From a virus: DNA of 64,000 nt. The stretch spans positions 1 through 64,000 of IMG/VR virus record IMGVR_UViG_3300020123_000219; one strand, written 5' to 3'. The notes under the pieces were generated by a model that was not told the DNA's origin, did no database searches, and saw only the letters and a list, made by a program, of their open reading frames with translations. Position numbers and translations under genes: made by a program. Shown one piece after another: positions 27,316 through 35,859 of the stretch; position 1 is the stretch's first letter, and each line of letters starts with the position of its first letter.

Positions 27316-28697
27316 GCGCCCTCCCAGATCGTGATCAGCCGGCAGGAGTAGTTACCCGACCCAAGGAGGGTCGCGCCGAGCCCGCTGGTGTCGTGCTGGA
27401 ACCCGGCCAGCGCTATCGCGTCGCCTGCGTTGAGCCTGAGGTACCGGGTGACGGTGCACGCGGTGACCAGTCCCTCGACCGAGGCGGCCGGGTCGGAGTT
27501 GACGGCGGACTGGCCTCCGCCCCACAGCGTGAACGTGGTCCCGGAGTTGTAGTTCGCTGACGTGATGGTGAGCCCTGCCGCCGCGACTGTGGTAGTGGCG
27601 TTGCTGGCGATGGCCACGCACCCGTGCGCGTAGTACAGGCCGCCGACCGGGGCAATCCACCCGTTCGAGTTCGACGCGCTGTAGTTATCCATGGTCGCCG
27701 AGAACAGCTGGATAGGCTGCCCGATCGCCGGCAGGCCGGTGGACGAGCCCAGCGGGATCGGGGAACCGCCCAGGTACTGGCGCTGCATGACCGGCGGGTA
27801 CAGCAGGAACGCGGCAGCGTCCCTGACGTTCTTGTTGAAGAACGGCGCGTCAACGGGGACGCTCACCGCCGCCCCCGACGCGTGCGCGTGCGCGGCAGGC
27901 GTGATCGGCACGGTCCCGGACGCTGCCGGGCCGGTCATCACGACGTTCTCAGCGGCCGGGGTGCCGATGTCAAGGCCCAGCGTGGTGCCCTGCCCGCCGT
28001 AGAACGTCATCCCGGTCAGCGACGCGGGCACCATCTGGGTGCCTCCGGCCGCGACCGTGCCGGTCAGGGTGGTGGACGGCGGCGGGAACGCGTCGTTCGA
28101 CGGGACAGGCAGCGGCGCGGTGCCGGACAGCGCGCACACCCACCGGCAGGCCAGGCGCGGGAACCTGGACGTGCCGTTCAGCAGCGGCCAGGAGAACGCT
28201 CCCGTGCCGGTCTGGTTCACCGACATCGCGATGAAATCTCCGGAGCCGCCGACCACCCCGGTCACCGCGATCTGGCACAGCCGCGCCCCCGATGCCACGG
28301 AGAAGCTGCCTGACGTGTTCGGCATCCGCATACCGAACTTCGTGGTCGCCGTGCCGTTCTGCTGCGCCTGCACGCCGACCGCGAACGCCCCCCCGCCGCC
28401 CGTGTAGTTCAGCGGCGCGGTCACCTCGGCCAGGTACCAGCCGGGGAACTGGCCGAAGTACTGGGCGCTGTCGGTGGTCAGGAAATGCCCGCTGACCGAG
28501 TCCGCGACCTCGGTGTCCAGGGTGACTGGCGTGTTCGTGTCGGCGGTGATCACCTGGCTGGTGAGGGTCTGGGCGCCGATGAACATGGGCGGGTGCGACA
28601 GCAGCTGGATGGTGCCCGCGAAGTCCGCTCGCAGCTGCGGCGCGGTGATCACCTCGGCGGTGGACCAGGTGGACGGCTGCGGCAGGTAAAGCGACAC
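27312..28697 (-). CDS. minor tail protein
   Basis: Two repeated beta domains, G/T/A-rich, tail operon position. Confidence 0.75.
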   Translation of the reverse strand: MSLYLPQPSTWSTAEVITAPQLRADFAGTIQLLSHPPMFIGAQTLTSQVITADTNTPVTLDTEVADSVSGHFLTTDSAQYFGQFPGWYLAEVTAPLNYTGGGGAFAVGVQAQQNGTATTKFGMRMPNTSGSFSVASGARLCQIAVTGVVGGSGDFIAMSVNQTGTGAFSWPLLNGTSRFPRLACRWVCALSGTAPLPVPSNDAFPPPSTTLTGTVAAGGTQMVPASLTGMTFYGGQGTTLGLDIGTPAAENVVMTGPAASGTVPITPAAHAHASGAAVSVPVDAPFFNKNVRDAAAFLLYPPVMQRQYLGGSPIPLGSSTGLPAIGQPIQLFSATMDNYSASNSNGWIAPVGGLYYAHGCVAIASNATTTVAAAGLTITSANYNSGTTFTLWGGGQSAVNSDPAASVEGLVTACTVTRYLRLNAGDAIALAGFQHDTSGLGATLLGSGNYSCRLITIWEGA

Positions 28698-28700
28698 CGG

Positions 28701-31700
28701 TCACCACGCCAGCGTGTTCAGGCCGTTGAGCAGCCCCAGCGTCGTGCTGCCCAGCTGCAGCGCCGCCGCCTCAGGCGCGTTGTCGATGATGCAGGTCACG
28801 GACGCTGACACCTCGCCTTTCACCCCGAACGCCCAGCGGCGCTGGGTCTGCGTCACCCGCCCTGTGATGGAGATGACCGGGTTCCCCGCCCCGAACGGCC
28901 TGCGGTTCACCGTCACCAGGTCACCCACCGACACCCCGAGAACGAACCGCCACCGGAACGGGGACGCCTGCGCCGTCACGGTCACGTGGTTGAGCCGCAG
29001 GTCCGGCGCCGCGTACGTGTTCGCGAGCCAGTTCGCGAGGTCGAGCAGACCGGGGCCGTAGTTCAGCGCGACCCTGGTGTCGCCGTTCAGGTAGCCGGTG
29101 GCGAAGTTCGTGACGCAGCCGTACTGCTTCTGCGAGGCGTCGACCAGCGCCGTGTCGGCGGGCACGACATCGTCCTGCGTGTCGAGCTGGGTGAGCTGGA
29201 TCTCGTTCTGGATGCGGGTCAGGTCGTAGTCGAACGAGATGTCCGGCTCGTAGTGGAACTCCCCGGCGAAAGATTCCTCTCCTAGCACCCACTGCACTGC
29301 CTGGTTCCAGGCAGCCTGCCTGGAAAGCGACACCAGGTCACCGGTCGGCGCAACGTAGAACATGCCGGGCAGCACGGCCTGCGCGATGTTGCTGACCGAC
29401 TGCGACGTTGGCTCTCCCGGTATGTCCTGGCAGGACACGACCGGGGTGACGTAAATGCCGCCCTGCTTGCCGATGGCCCTGCGGCCCGGCGCGTTGTCGC
29501 CGCCCTGCAGCAGCCGCTCGATCCGGTTCTGCGACGGCTCGCCCGCCAGCCCGGTCAGGCCGGCCTTGTAATGGGTCAGGATTCTCTGCTGCGGGAGCAG
29601 GAACGGGAACACCGCGAGCTGGCCGGTGCTGCCGTTGAAATTCAGGCTGCTGATCCCCGCCGCGTTCGAGGTCCCGTTCAGCCAGATGAACGAGAAGTCC
29701 TGCGGAAGGTGCGGAGATCCCCACGACCCGGACCCGGCCTGCTGGCCGTTCAGGTACACGGTCCACGCGGTCCTGTTGAACGTGATCACGACCTGGGTCA
29801 TCGGCGGGGTGCCAGGCGTCAGCGTGTACACCGTCGACCCGATCGTGGTCAGGCTTGCCCCGTTATGCCAGGACATGTGCAGGCCCGCCGACAAGGTGTC
29901 GGCGTAAAAGCCGAAGATCTGCCCGGCCGTGTTCCCCACCGTCATCAGCGACGGCTGCTGGAGGCTGAACGGGCTCTGCATCTGGAACCAGAACTCGATG
30001 GACACCCCGCCCGCTATCGGCGGGAACGTGCTGGTGGAAGCCACGAGGGTGTACCCGCTGTTCGCGCTGAGCGCGCCGACGTTCGTCAGCTGCCACATGC
30101 CCTCGCCGACCGTGACCCGGAACGTCGGGTTGATCAGCAGCGTCGACGAGGTCCCGACCAGCGTGGTCGCGGGGGTGCTCCCGAACTGCTGCTGGATTCC
30201 GCCGGCCCCGTATTTCGACTGCGTCACCGTCAGCGGCACGTTGCTGCCCTGCGCGAGGTTCGCTGCCGCTGACGCTCCCTGCGCGTCCGCGCACGGCCAG
30301 TAGTGAGACGGGTTGTCGTGCAGGACCTCGGTGGACATGATCGGCTGCGGCTCGCAGTTCATCGCGAACCACGCGTCGGTGACCGTGGCCTCGGTGAAAC
30401 CCCGGTACGTCTCGTCCCACTGCTGCGGCAGCCGCTCGATGTTCCCCGAGTACGGCAGGTACCACGGGGTGGCCCACGGCGGTCCCAGCGGGTCGGGCTT
30501 CCACTGCCCCGTCACGGTCACGGTCGCGCCGTTCGCGGCGGTCCACGGCACCGCCGGGGGAAGCAGCAGCCAGCCGGGCACGGACGGGTACGGCGCGGAC
30601 GCAGCCCGGAACGCGGCGTTGACCGGCGGTATCCCGTTGGCCTGGACCGTGATCACCGCCTGCACCGTGCCTGACGGGGCGATGCCGGTGACGATCGCCA
30701 GCGTCGCAAGGGGGCTGGTCACCGGAGCGGACGCCGCTGTCCCGAGCGGGGTGCCGCTCCCGTTCTGGAACGTGATCACCAGCGACACTCCCGCTGCCCA
30801 CGGCACCGAGCACGCGAGCCACGCCGGGAACGAGTACGTGGCCCCGGCGGTCGCTGGGATGGTCACCGATCCCTGCGCCTGAGGGTTCGCCGTGAAGCCG
30901 TTCCCGGTGAACGACACCTGCCACGACCCGCCGGTCCACGCGGTCCGCAGCCGTACCGGGGTGCCCGCGTTGATGCCGGCCAGCGACCCGGACCCGGGCG
31001 GCAGGAACGACCCGGTCGGGTTGTCGAACAGCAGCGTTCCCTCGCCCGTGGACAGCTGCGCCGTCTCGTACTGCCTGCCCTGCGTGATCTCCAGCGCCAT
31101 CGACGCGGTCGTCACCGGCACCCACGTCATGTTGTCGGGCATCGTCTGGAACCCGGAGCCGGGCGCCATCTCGAAGTACGTCACCGGCCAGTTCGACAGC
31201 GGCCTGGCCGGCGCGGCTGCCGCGCACAGCATCCCCCCGAGCCCGACCGCGAAGTTCACCGTGCCCGTCGAGTTCCACGTCGCCGAGCACGCCGTCGTGG
31301 TGTACTGCCATGCGGCCGAGCACTGGATGTCAGCGGAGTCGTCCACGCCGTTGCTGCCGGTCACGGTCGCCACCGGGGACCACAGGCCGCCGGGCGCGAG
31401 GGTGACCGTGTCGGTCAGGTTGTCCGACGCGGCCACGGTGACCGCGAACTGCTGGCTCACCGGGGCGGGCAGGCTCCCTGTGATGGCGGTGACTGAGTTC
31501 CCGAAGCCCGTGGCTGCCATGGTGTTCACCCACGGAGCCATGTTGGCCACGTTCCAGATGATCGCCGCGAATGCGGTGGTGTAGCTGTTCGGGGCCACGA
31601 ACACCGTGGTCTGCGGCGGCAGCCCGGAGTCTTTCGGCGGCGCGGTAACCCTGGCAGCCGGGGCACGCCACACGGAGCACCGGACCAGGCCCTGGTCCGA

Positions 31701-32018
31701 GGACATCGACGAGCCTGCGTCGCACGGCTCCCACCAGTTATGGGCGTCGTCAGCGACCGTGAACACCGGGGCGTCGTACCCGGGCGGGCACCGCCACGTG
31801 ATCACCGCGACCATCCAGTCCCCGGGGGTGTTCGCGCACTTGATCGCCAGCGACGCCGTGCCCGGCAGCGGCGACCCGGTCACGGGCGTGGCGAACACCT
31901 GCGACCCGGACCCGATGACCGTCGCCCCGATCGGGGCGGGCGGCACGGGACCGGGAAGCGGCGGCCCGGTGTCAGGCAGCAGCCCCGGCAGCGGGCCTGG
32001 GAGGAGCGGAAGCGCCAC
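28701..32018 (-). CDS. large minor tail / baseplate protein with LamG-like domain
   Basis: 1105 aa; PSHYWP...SIEFWF...VYLNG LamG pattern. Confidence 0.8.
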   Translation of the reverse strand: MALPLLPGPLPGLLPDTGPPLPGPVPPAPIGATVIGSGSQVFATPVTGSPLPGTASLAIKCANTPGDWMVAVITWRCPPGYDAPVFTVADDAHNWWEPCDAGSSMSSDQGLVRCSVWRAPAARVTAPPKDSGLPPQTTVFVAPNSYTTAFAAIIWNVANMAPWVNTMAATGFGNSVTAITGSLPAPVSQQFAVTVAASDNLTDTVTLAPGGLWSPVATVTGSNGVDDSADIQCSAAWQYTTTACSATWNSTGTVNFAVGLGGMLCAAAAPARPLSNWPVTYFEMAPGSGFQTMPDNMTWVPVTTASMALEITQGRQYETAQLSTGEGTLLFDNPTGSFLPPGSGSLAGINAGTPVRLRTAWTGGSWQVSFTGNGFTANPQAQGSVTIPATAGATYSFPAWLACSVPWAAGVSLVITFQNGSGTPLGTAASAPVTSPLATLAIVTGIAPSGTVQAVITVQANGIPPVNAAFRAASAPYPSVPGWLLLPPAVPWTAANGATVTVTGQWKPDPLGPPWATPWYLPYSGNIERLPQQWDETYRGFTEATVTDAWFAMNCEPQPIMSTEVLHDNPSHYWPCADAQGASAAANLAQGSNVPLTVTQSKYGAGGIQQQFGSTPATTLVGTSSTLLINPTFRVTVGEGMWQLTNVGALSANSGYTLVASTSTFPPIAGGVSIEFWFQMQSPFSLQQPSLMTVGNTAGQIFGFYADTLSAGLHMSWHNGASLTTIGSTVYTLTPGTPPMTQVVITFNRTAWTVYLNGQQAGSGSWGSPHLPQDFSFIWLNGTSNAAGISSLNFNGSTGQLAVFPFLLPQQRILTHYKAGLTGLAGEPSQNRIERLLQGGDNAPGRRAIGKQGGIYVTPVVSCQDIPGEPTSQSVSNIAQAVLPGMFYVAPTGDLVSLSRQAAWNQAVQWVLGEESFAGEFHYEPDISFDYDLTRIQNEIQLTQLDTQDDVVPADTALVDASQKQYGCVTNFATGYLNGDTRVALNYGPGLLDLANWLANTYAAPDLRLNHVTVTAQASPFRWRFVLGVSVGDLVTVNRRPFGAGNPVISITGRVTQTQRRWAFGVKGEVSASVTCIIDNAPEAAALQLGSTTLGLLNGLNTLAW

Positions 32019-32026
32019 CGGCTACC

Positions 32027-33757
32027 TCACGGGTTGTTGATCTGCCAGTAGAACGCGGAGTTGTCGCCGCCGTTCGACGACGACACGACGAAACTCGTGC
32101 CCGCGTTCCGCGCCCCCACGTGCAGGAACCCGGGCGTCCCGGAGGTCACGCCGGCGGTCACCAGGATCACGCTGGACGAGGTCACCGACGTGCACGCCAC
32201 CGTGGCCACCCCTGACGACAGCGAAGCCGTGCCGTACCTCGGTCCCTGCACCGTCGGCGCGCTCGTCGACCCGGACGCGGCGAGCACGGTCAGGTCGTAC
32301 AGGGTGGCCGCCGTCGTCCCGTCGTCGATGATCGCAGAGTTGAACCCCTGGATGTAGGTCGCGCCCCCTACCTGCACGAACGTCTTGTTCGTGTTGTTAC
32401 TCGACAAGATCATCCCGACCTGCGGGGAAGTTACCCCCGAGCCGTCGTCATCGACCCCGGGCCACACCTGGCAGCCGGAGATCTGCAGCGCGTTCGGGAA
32501 CGCCGTGCAGAAGATCCCGGAGAGAACCCCGCCTCCGGCGTTGCCGTTCCTGCCGTCGCGGCGGAACGCGCACCCGGACAGGATGACCGGCGCGGCAGAG
32601 TTGTTGTTCGACGAGATGTAGAACCCGTACCCCTCGTTCCGGTCCGTCGAGCAGCCGATGAACCGGCAGCCACCCGACCCGGTCGAGGACGACGTGGCGG
32701 TGAACGTGTACCCGTTCCCCACCCCCGCCGTGCCGTTGTGCTCGCTGCGGCACCCGATGAACACGCCGCTCGACGCGTTCGTGATCTGCCACCCGTCCCC
32801 CGCGCAGCCCTCGACCAGGCAGTCGATGTACGTCGAGTCGGAGATCTTCGGGTGCAGGATGCCGACCGAGTTGCCGTGCAGGACGTTGCAGCGGAACATG
32901 TGCACGGCGTCCTGCCCGTTCCCGGCGAGGTCGTTCACGAAGTTCACGCCCGCCCCGCGCGGGAACTCGATCAGGACGTGCTCCACGCGGGGCCGCGAGA
33001 TACCGCCGTAGAACTGGATGCCGTCCGCTGACCCGGTAGTCAGCAGCGAGCAGTCGATCGCGAAGTCGTACAGCTTCTGCTCGTCGGCCACGTTGGCGTA
33101 CCCGCCCGTGAACTGGCCTTGCACCACGATGATCGCGTTCGCCGGGGCGGTGCCCTGCGCCCACGTCGCCGACGGCTGGATGATGCTGCCCCACCGGCCC
33201 ACCGACGGCTTGGCGACCTCGTTGGAATGATCCCCGATCAGCACCGCGCCCGGCGGGACGAGGATCGGGGACGTGGTCTTGTAGATCCCGGCCGGAAGGT
33301 ACACCGGCTGTCCCGGGGCGTTGTTGTACGCGTCGGTCAGCGCGTTGTTGATCGCCGTGGTGGAGTCGACCACCCCGGTCGGGTCCGCGCCGTACGCGGG
33401 CTGCACCACGTTGACCCAGTCGGTCTTGTACAGGTCCCGCCCGGCAGCGCCGTGCGCGATCGTCACCCCCGCGCTGTGCGCCGGGGCCGCTGACCCGTCA
33501 TCACCCCGGATGCTGTTGCTGTAGGTGAACGGCCCGGTCCCGGTCGCCGCCTGGGTGACCGTGATGACCTCGGAGTTCGTGGTACCGGGCTCGACGACCA
33601 GCGTGAACGGGAACCTGGCGTTCCCCTGCACGCCCGGGTTCCCGGTGATCGAGTTCACCTGCACGGTCCCCGTCGTGCCGGGTGACACCGACCCGAGCGG
33701 CGCGGCCAGCGTCGTCAGCGCCGCGTCCGAAGAGTAGTACCACCTGGTCTGCGCCAT
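32027..33757 (-). CDS. tailspike-like right-handed beta-helix (pectate lyase 3-like)
   Basis: WVNV...YGADPTGVVDSTTAINNA...VYLPAGIY followed by parallel beta-helix repeats. Confidence 0.85.
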   Translation of the reverse strand: MAQTRWYYSSDAALTTLAAPLGSVSPGTTGTVQVNSITGNPGVQGNARFPFTLVVEPGTTNSEVITVTQAATGTGPFTYSNSIRGDDGSAAPAHSAGVTIAHGAAGRDLYKTDWVNVVQPAYGADPTGVVDSTTAINNALTDAYNNAPGQPVYLPAGIYKTTSPILVPPGAVLIGDHSNEVAKPSVGRWGSIIQPSATWAQGTAPANAIIVVQGQFTGGYANVADEQKLYDFAIDCSLLTTGSADGIQFYGGISRPRVEHVLIEFPRGAGVNFVNDLAGNGQDAVHMFRCNVLHGNSVGILHPKISDSTYIDCLVEGCAGDGWQITNASSGVFIGCRSEHNGTAGVGNGYTFTATSSSTGSGGCRFIGCSTDRNEGYGFYISSNNNSAAPVILSGCAFRRDGRNGNAGGGVLSGIFCTAFPNALQISGCQVWPGVDDDGSGVTSPQVGMILSSNNTNKTFVQVGGATYIQGFNSAIIDDGTTAATLYDLTVLAASGSTSAPTVQGPRYGTASLSSGVATVACTSVTSSSVILVTAGVTSGTPGFLHVGARNAGTSFVVSSSNGGDNSAFYWQINNP

Positions 33758-34344
33758 CAGGAATACCCCACCCAGAACGTGAACGCCGACGTGGGCGTGT
33801 TCGACGTGACGGTGAGCTGCGTGCCCAGCACCGTCCCGGTGCCGTTCGTGCAGAACCGCAGCCCCGACGCGGTCAGGCCCAGGTTCAGCAGCGTCACCGA
33901 CCCGGTGGACCCCAGACGGAACAGCGACGGCTGGGTGGTGCCCAGGTTCGACAGCAGCGCCGCCCACACGAACGTGCCCGCCGACACCGGCTGAGCGGTG
34001 GCCAGCGGCGCCGTCACGATCGACGGGGCAGCAGCTGTGAACAGCGTCCCCACGTCAGCAGACCCTGACAGCAGCACCCCCGTGGAGGAGTACACGCCGA
34101 CGAACGTCCCCGTCGAGCTGCCGACTCCCGAAGCGCCGAGCCCGAACCACAGGTTCGTCATCGTCCCCGACGCCCGGATCGGGATCTTCATCATCGTGAC
34201 GGTGCCCTTGGAGATCGCCACGGTCGACCCCCCGGCCGCAGCGACGTTGTCGTTGGCGCCCAGCAGCGCATTATCCGCCGGGGTCCAGAACACCGTGGAA
34301 AGCTGGCCGTTCACGACCAGGTTGTCGTTGATCGTTGTCGCCAT
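33757..34344 (-). CDS. virion structural protein
   Basis: Beta-rich; paralogous to 48626-49330. Confidence 0.7.
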   Translation of the reverse strand: MATTINDNLVVNGQLSTVFWTPADNALLGANDNVAAAGGSTVAISKGTVTMMKIPIRASGTMTNLWFGLGASGVGSSTGTFVGVYSSTGVLLSGSADVGTLFTAAAPSIVTAPLATAQPVSAGTFVWAALLSNLGTTQPSLFRLGSTGSVTLLNLGLTASGLRFCTNGTGTVLGTQLTVTSNTPTSAFTFWVGYS

Positions 34345-34345
34345 G

Positions 34346-35731
34346 TCAGCTCCCGCTCAGGAATCGGGTCATGTAGTCGCCGATCATCTGGTGGCCCTTG
34401 TTCGACGGGTGCACCAGGTCGCCGCCCTGCCACAGGCTGTAGGTATCGGTGTCCGCGCCCGGCATGCGCGGCCCGAGGGTGAAGTCCATCACCGTCGTGA
34501 TAGGCGTCAGGTTCGGCCCTGACGTGTCCGCTCCCGCGACGTTCCACGCGGCGTTCACGTACTGTGCCCACGGGTAGGTGTAGGACGACTGGCTCGTGCG
34601 CGGCGGGTACATGCACAGCACGAACGACGGGAACGGCGTCGACAGGACCGCCTGCAGGTCCGTGATCATGGTCTGAAGGTTCGTCTGGAACGTCGCCGGG
34701 AGGACGTTGTTGAACTGGTCGTTCACCCCGAGCGCGATGACGATCAGGTTCGGGTTCAGGGCCTTGATGGCAGCAGCAGGCCCCGTAGTGCCGTTCGCGA
34801 GGACCGTGATCCAGTTCTGGGTGGTCCACCCGAAGTGCCCGCAGTCGTGAACCTGGATGCCCTGCGAGAAATCCCCCCAGTACTCCACGACCCCGGTCAC
34901 GTCCGCGTTCCCCGACACCCACGCGAGCGTGAGGGTATGCTGCCCGGCCGAACCCAGCGAGATGTGCGTGACCTTCCCGTCGACGATCGACCCGCCGGAC
35001 GTGGACACGTTCGTTGCCGACCCGCCGTCCACCGCCCACGAGAACGTCCCGCCGCCCGGTGCCTGGGTCCACATGATGTCCGCCGAGTCGCCGTTCAGCG
35101 TGTACACGACCGACTGCCCGGTGTTGTTCAGCTGCAGGAACGAGGACTTCGGGCCTAGCGTCGACGCCGGGGTCGGCGACCCGTTGATCGTCGTCGGCCA
35201 CGTGAACGAGGTCTCGCCCGTGGACTGCACGCCGATGAACCCCTGGCCCCCGCCGGTCACGAACGGCGTCGGGTAGGCAGACCTCAGCGAGTCGCGCAGC
35301 CGCGCGACCCACCGGTCCTGGAACCCCGTGGACGGCGGCCCGACAGCGTGCTGCCCCTCGGTGATCGAGTCGCCGATGACCGCCACGTTGCAGCGCGCCG
35401 CCTGCCGGTTCGCCAGGCCCGCGAACCACGGGGTCAGGGCCTGCGCCCGCTGGGTAGCGAGCTGCTGCTGCCCGTACTGCGTCAGGTTGACCAGGTTCGA
35501 GCCGGCGAACGTCAGGTTCCCGTCAACGGTGAGGTTGCCTGCGATCTCGACGTTGGCGGGCAGGTACGCGAAGTTAGGCATGACCACCGTGTCCGTGATA
35601 GTGCCGGGCGCGAAGTTCTGGGTAGTGGCGGCGACCGCGACCTTGTCCCACGTCTGCCCTCCTGGCGCAGGCAGGCCGGACGACGGGCTGATCCCGGCGA
35701 AGTACCGGAACAGCGCCAGGGTGGTGTCCAC
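34346..35731 (-). CDS. SGNH/GDSL hydrolase-domain tail protein
   Basis: IGDSITEG, LGVND, DLVHPSNKGH. Confidence 0.88.
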   Translation of the reverse strand: MDTTLALFRYFAGISPSSGLPAPGGQTWDKVAVAATTQNFAPGTITDTVVMPNFAYLPANVEIAGNLTVDGNLTFAGSNLVNLTQYGQQQLATQRAQALTPWFAGLANRQAARCNVAVIGDSITEGQHAVGPPSTGFQDRWVARLRDSLRSAYPTPFVTGGGQGFIGVQSTGETSFTWPTTINGSPTPASTLGPKSSFLQLNNTGQSVVYTLNGDSADIMWTQAPGGGTFSWAVDGGSATNVSTSGGSIVDGKVTHISLGSAGQHTLTLAWVSGNADVTGVVEYWGDFSQGIQVHDCGHFGWTTQNWITVLANGTTGPAAAIKALNPNLIVIALGVNDQFNNVLPATFQTNLQTMITDLQAVLSTPFPSFVLCMYPPRTSQSSYTYPWAQYVNAAWNVAGADTSGPNLTPITTVMDFTLGPRMPGADTDTYSLWQGGDLVHPSNKGHQMIGDYMTRFLSGS

Positions 35732-35859
35732 CGTGCCTCCCCGCCCCGGTATAATGGGTCACGCAAAAGGACAACTGAAAGGTTTGCGTTTTGTCGGTCA
35801 GGACACGGGTCTTCATCACGTTCGCCCTGATAATCGGGGCAGTCCTCACCGCAACCGCG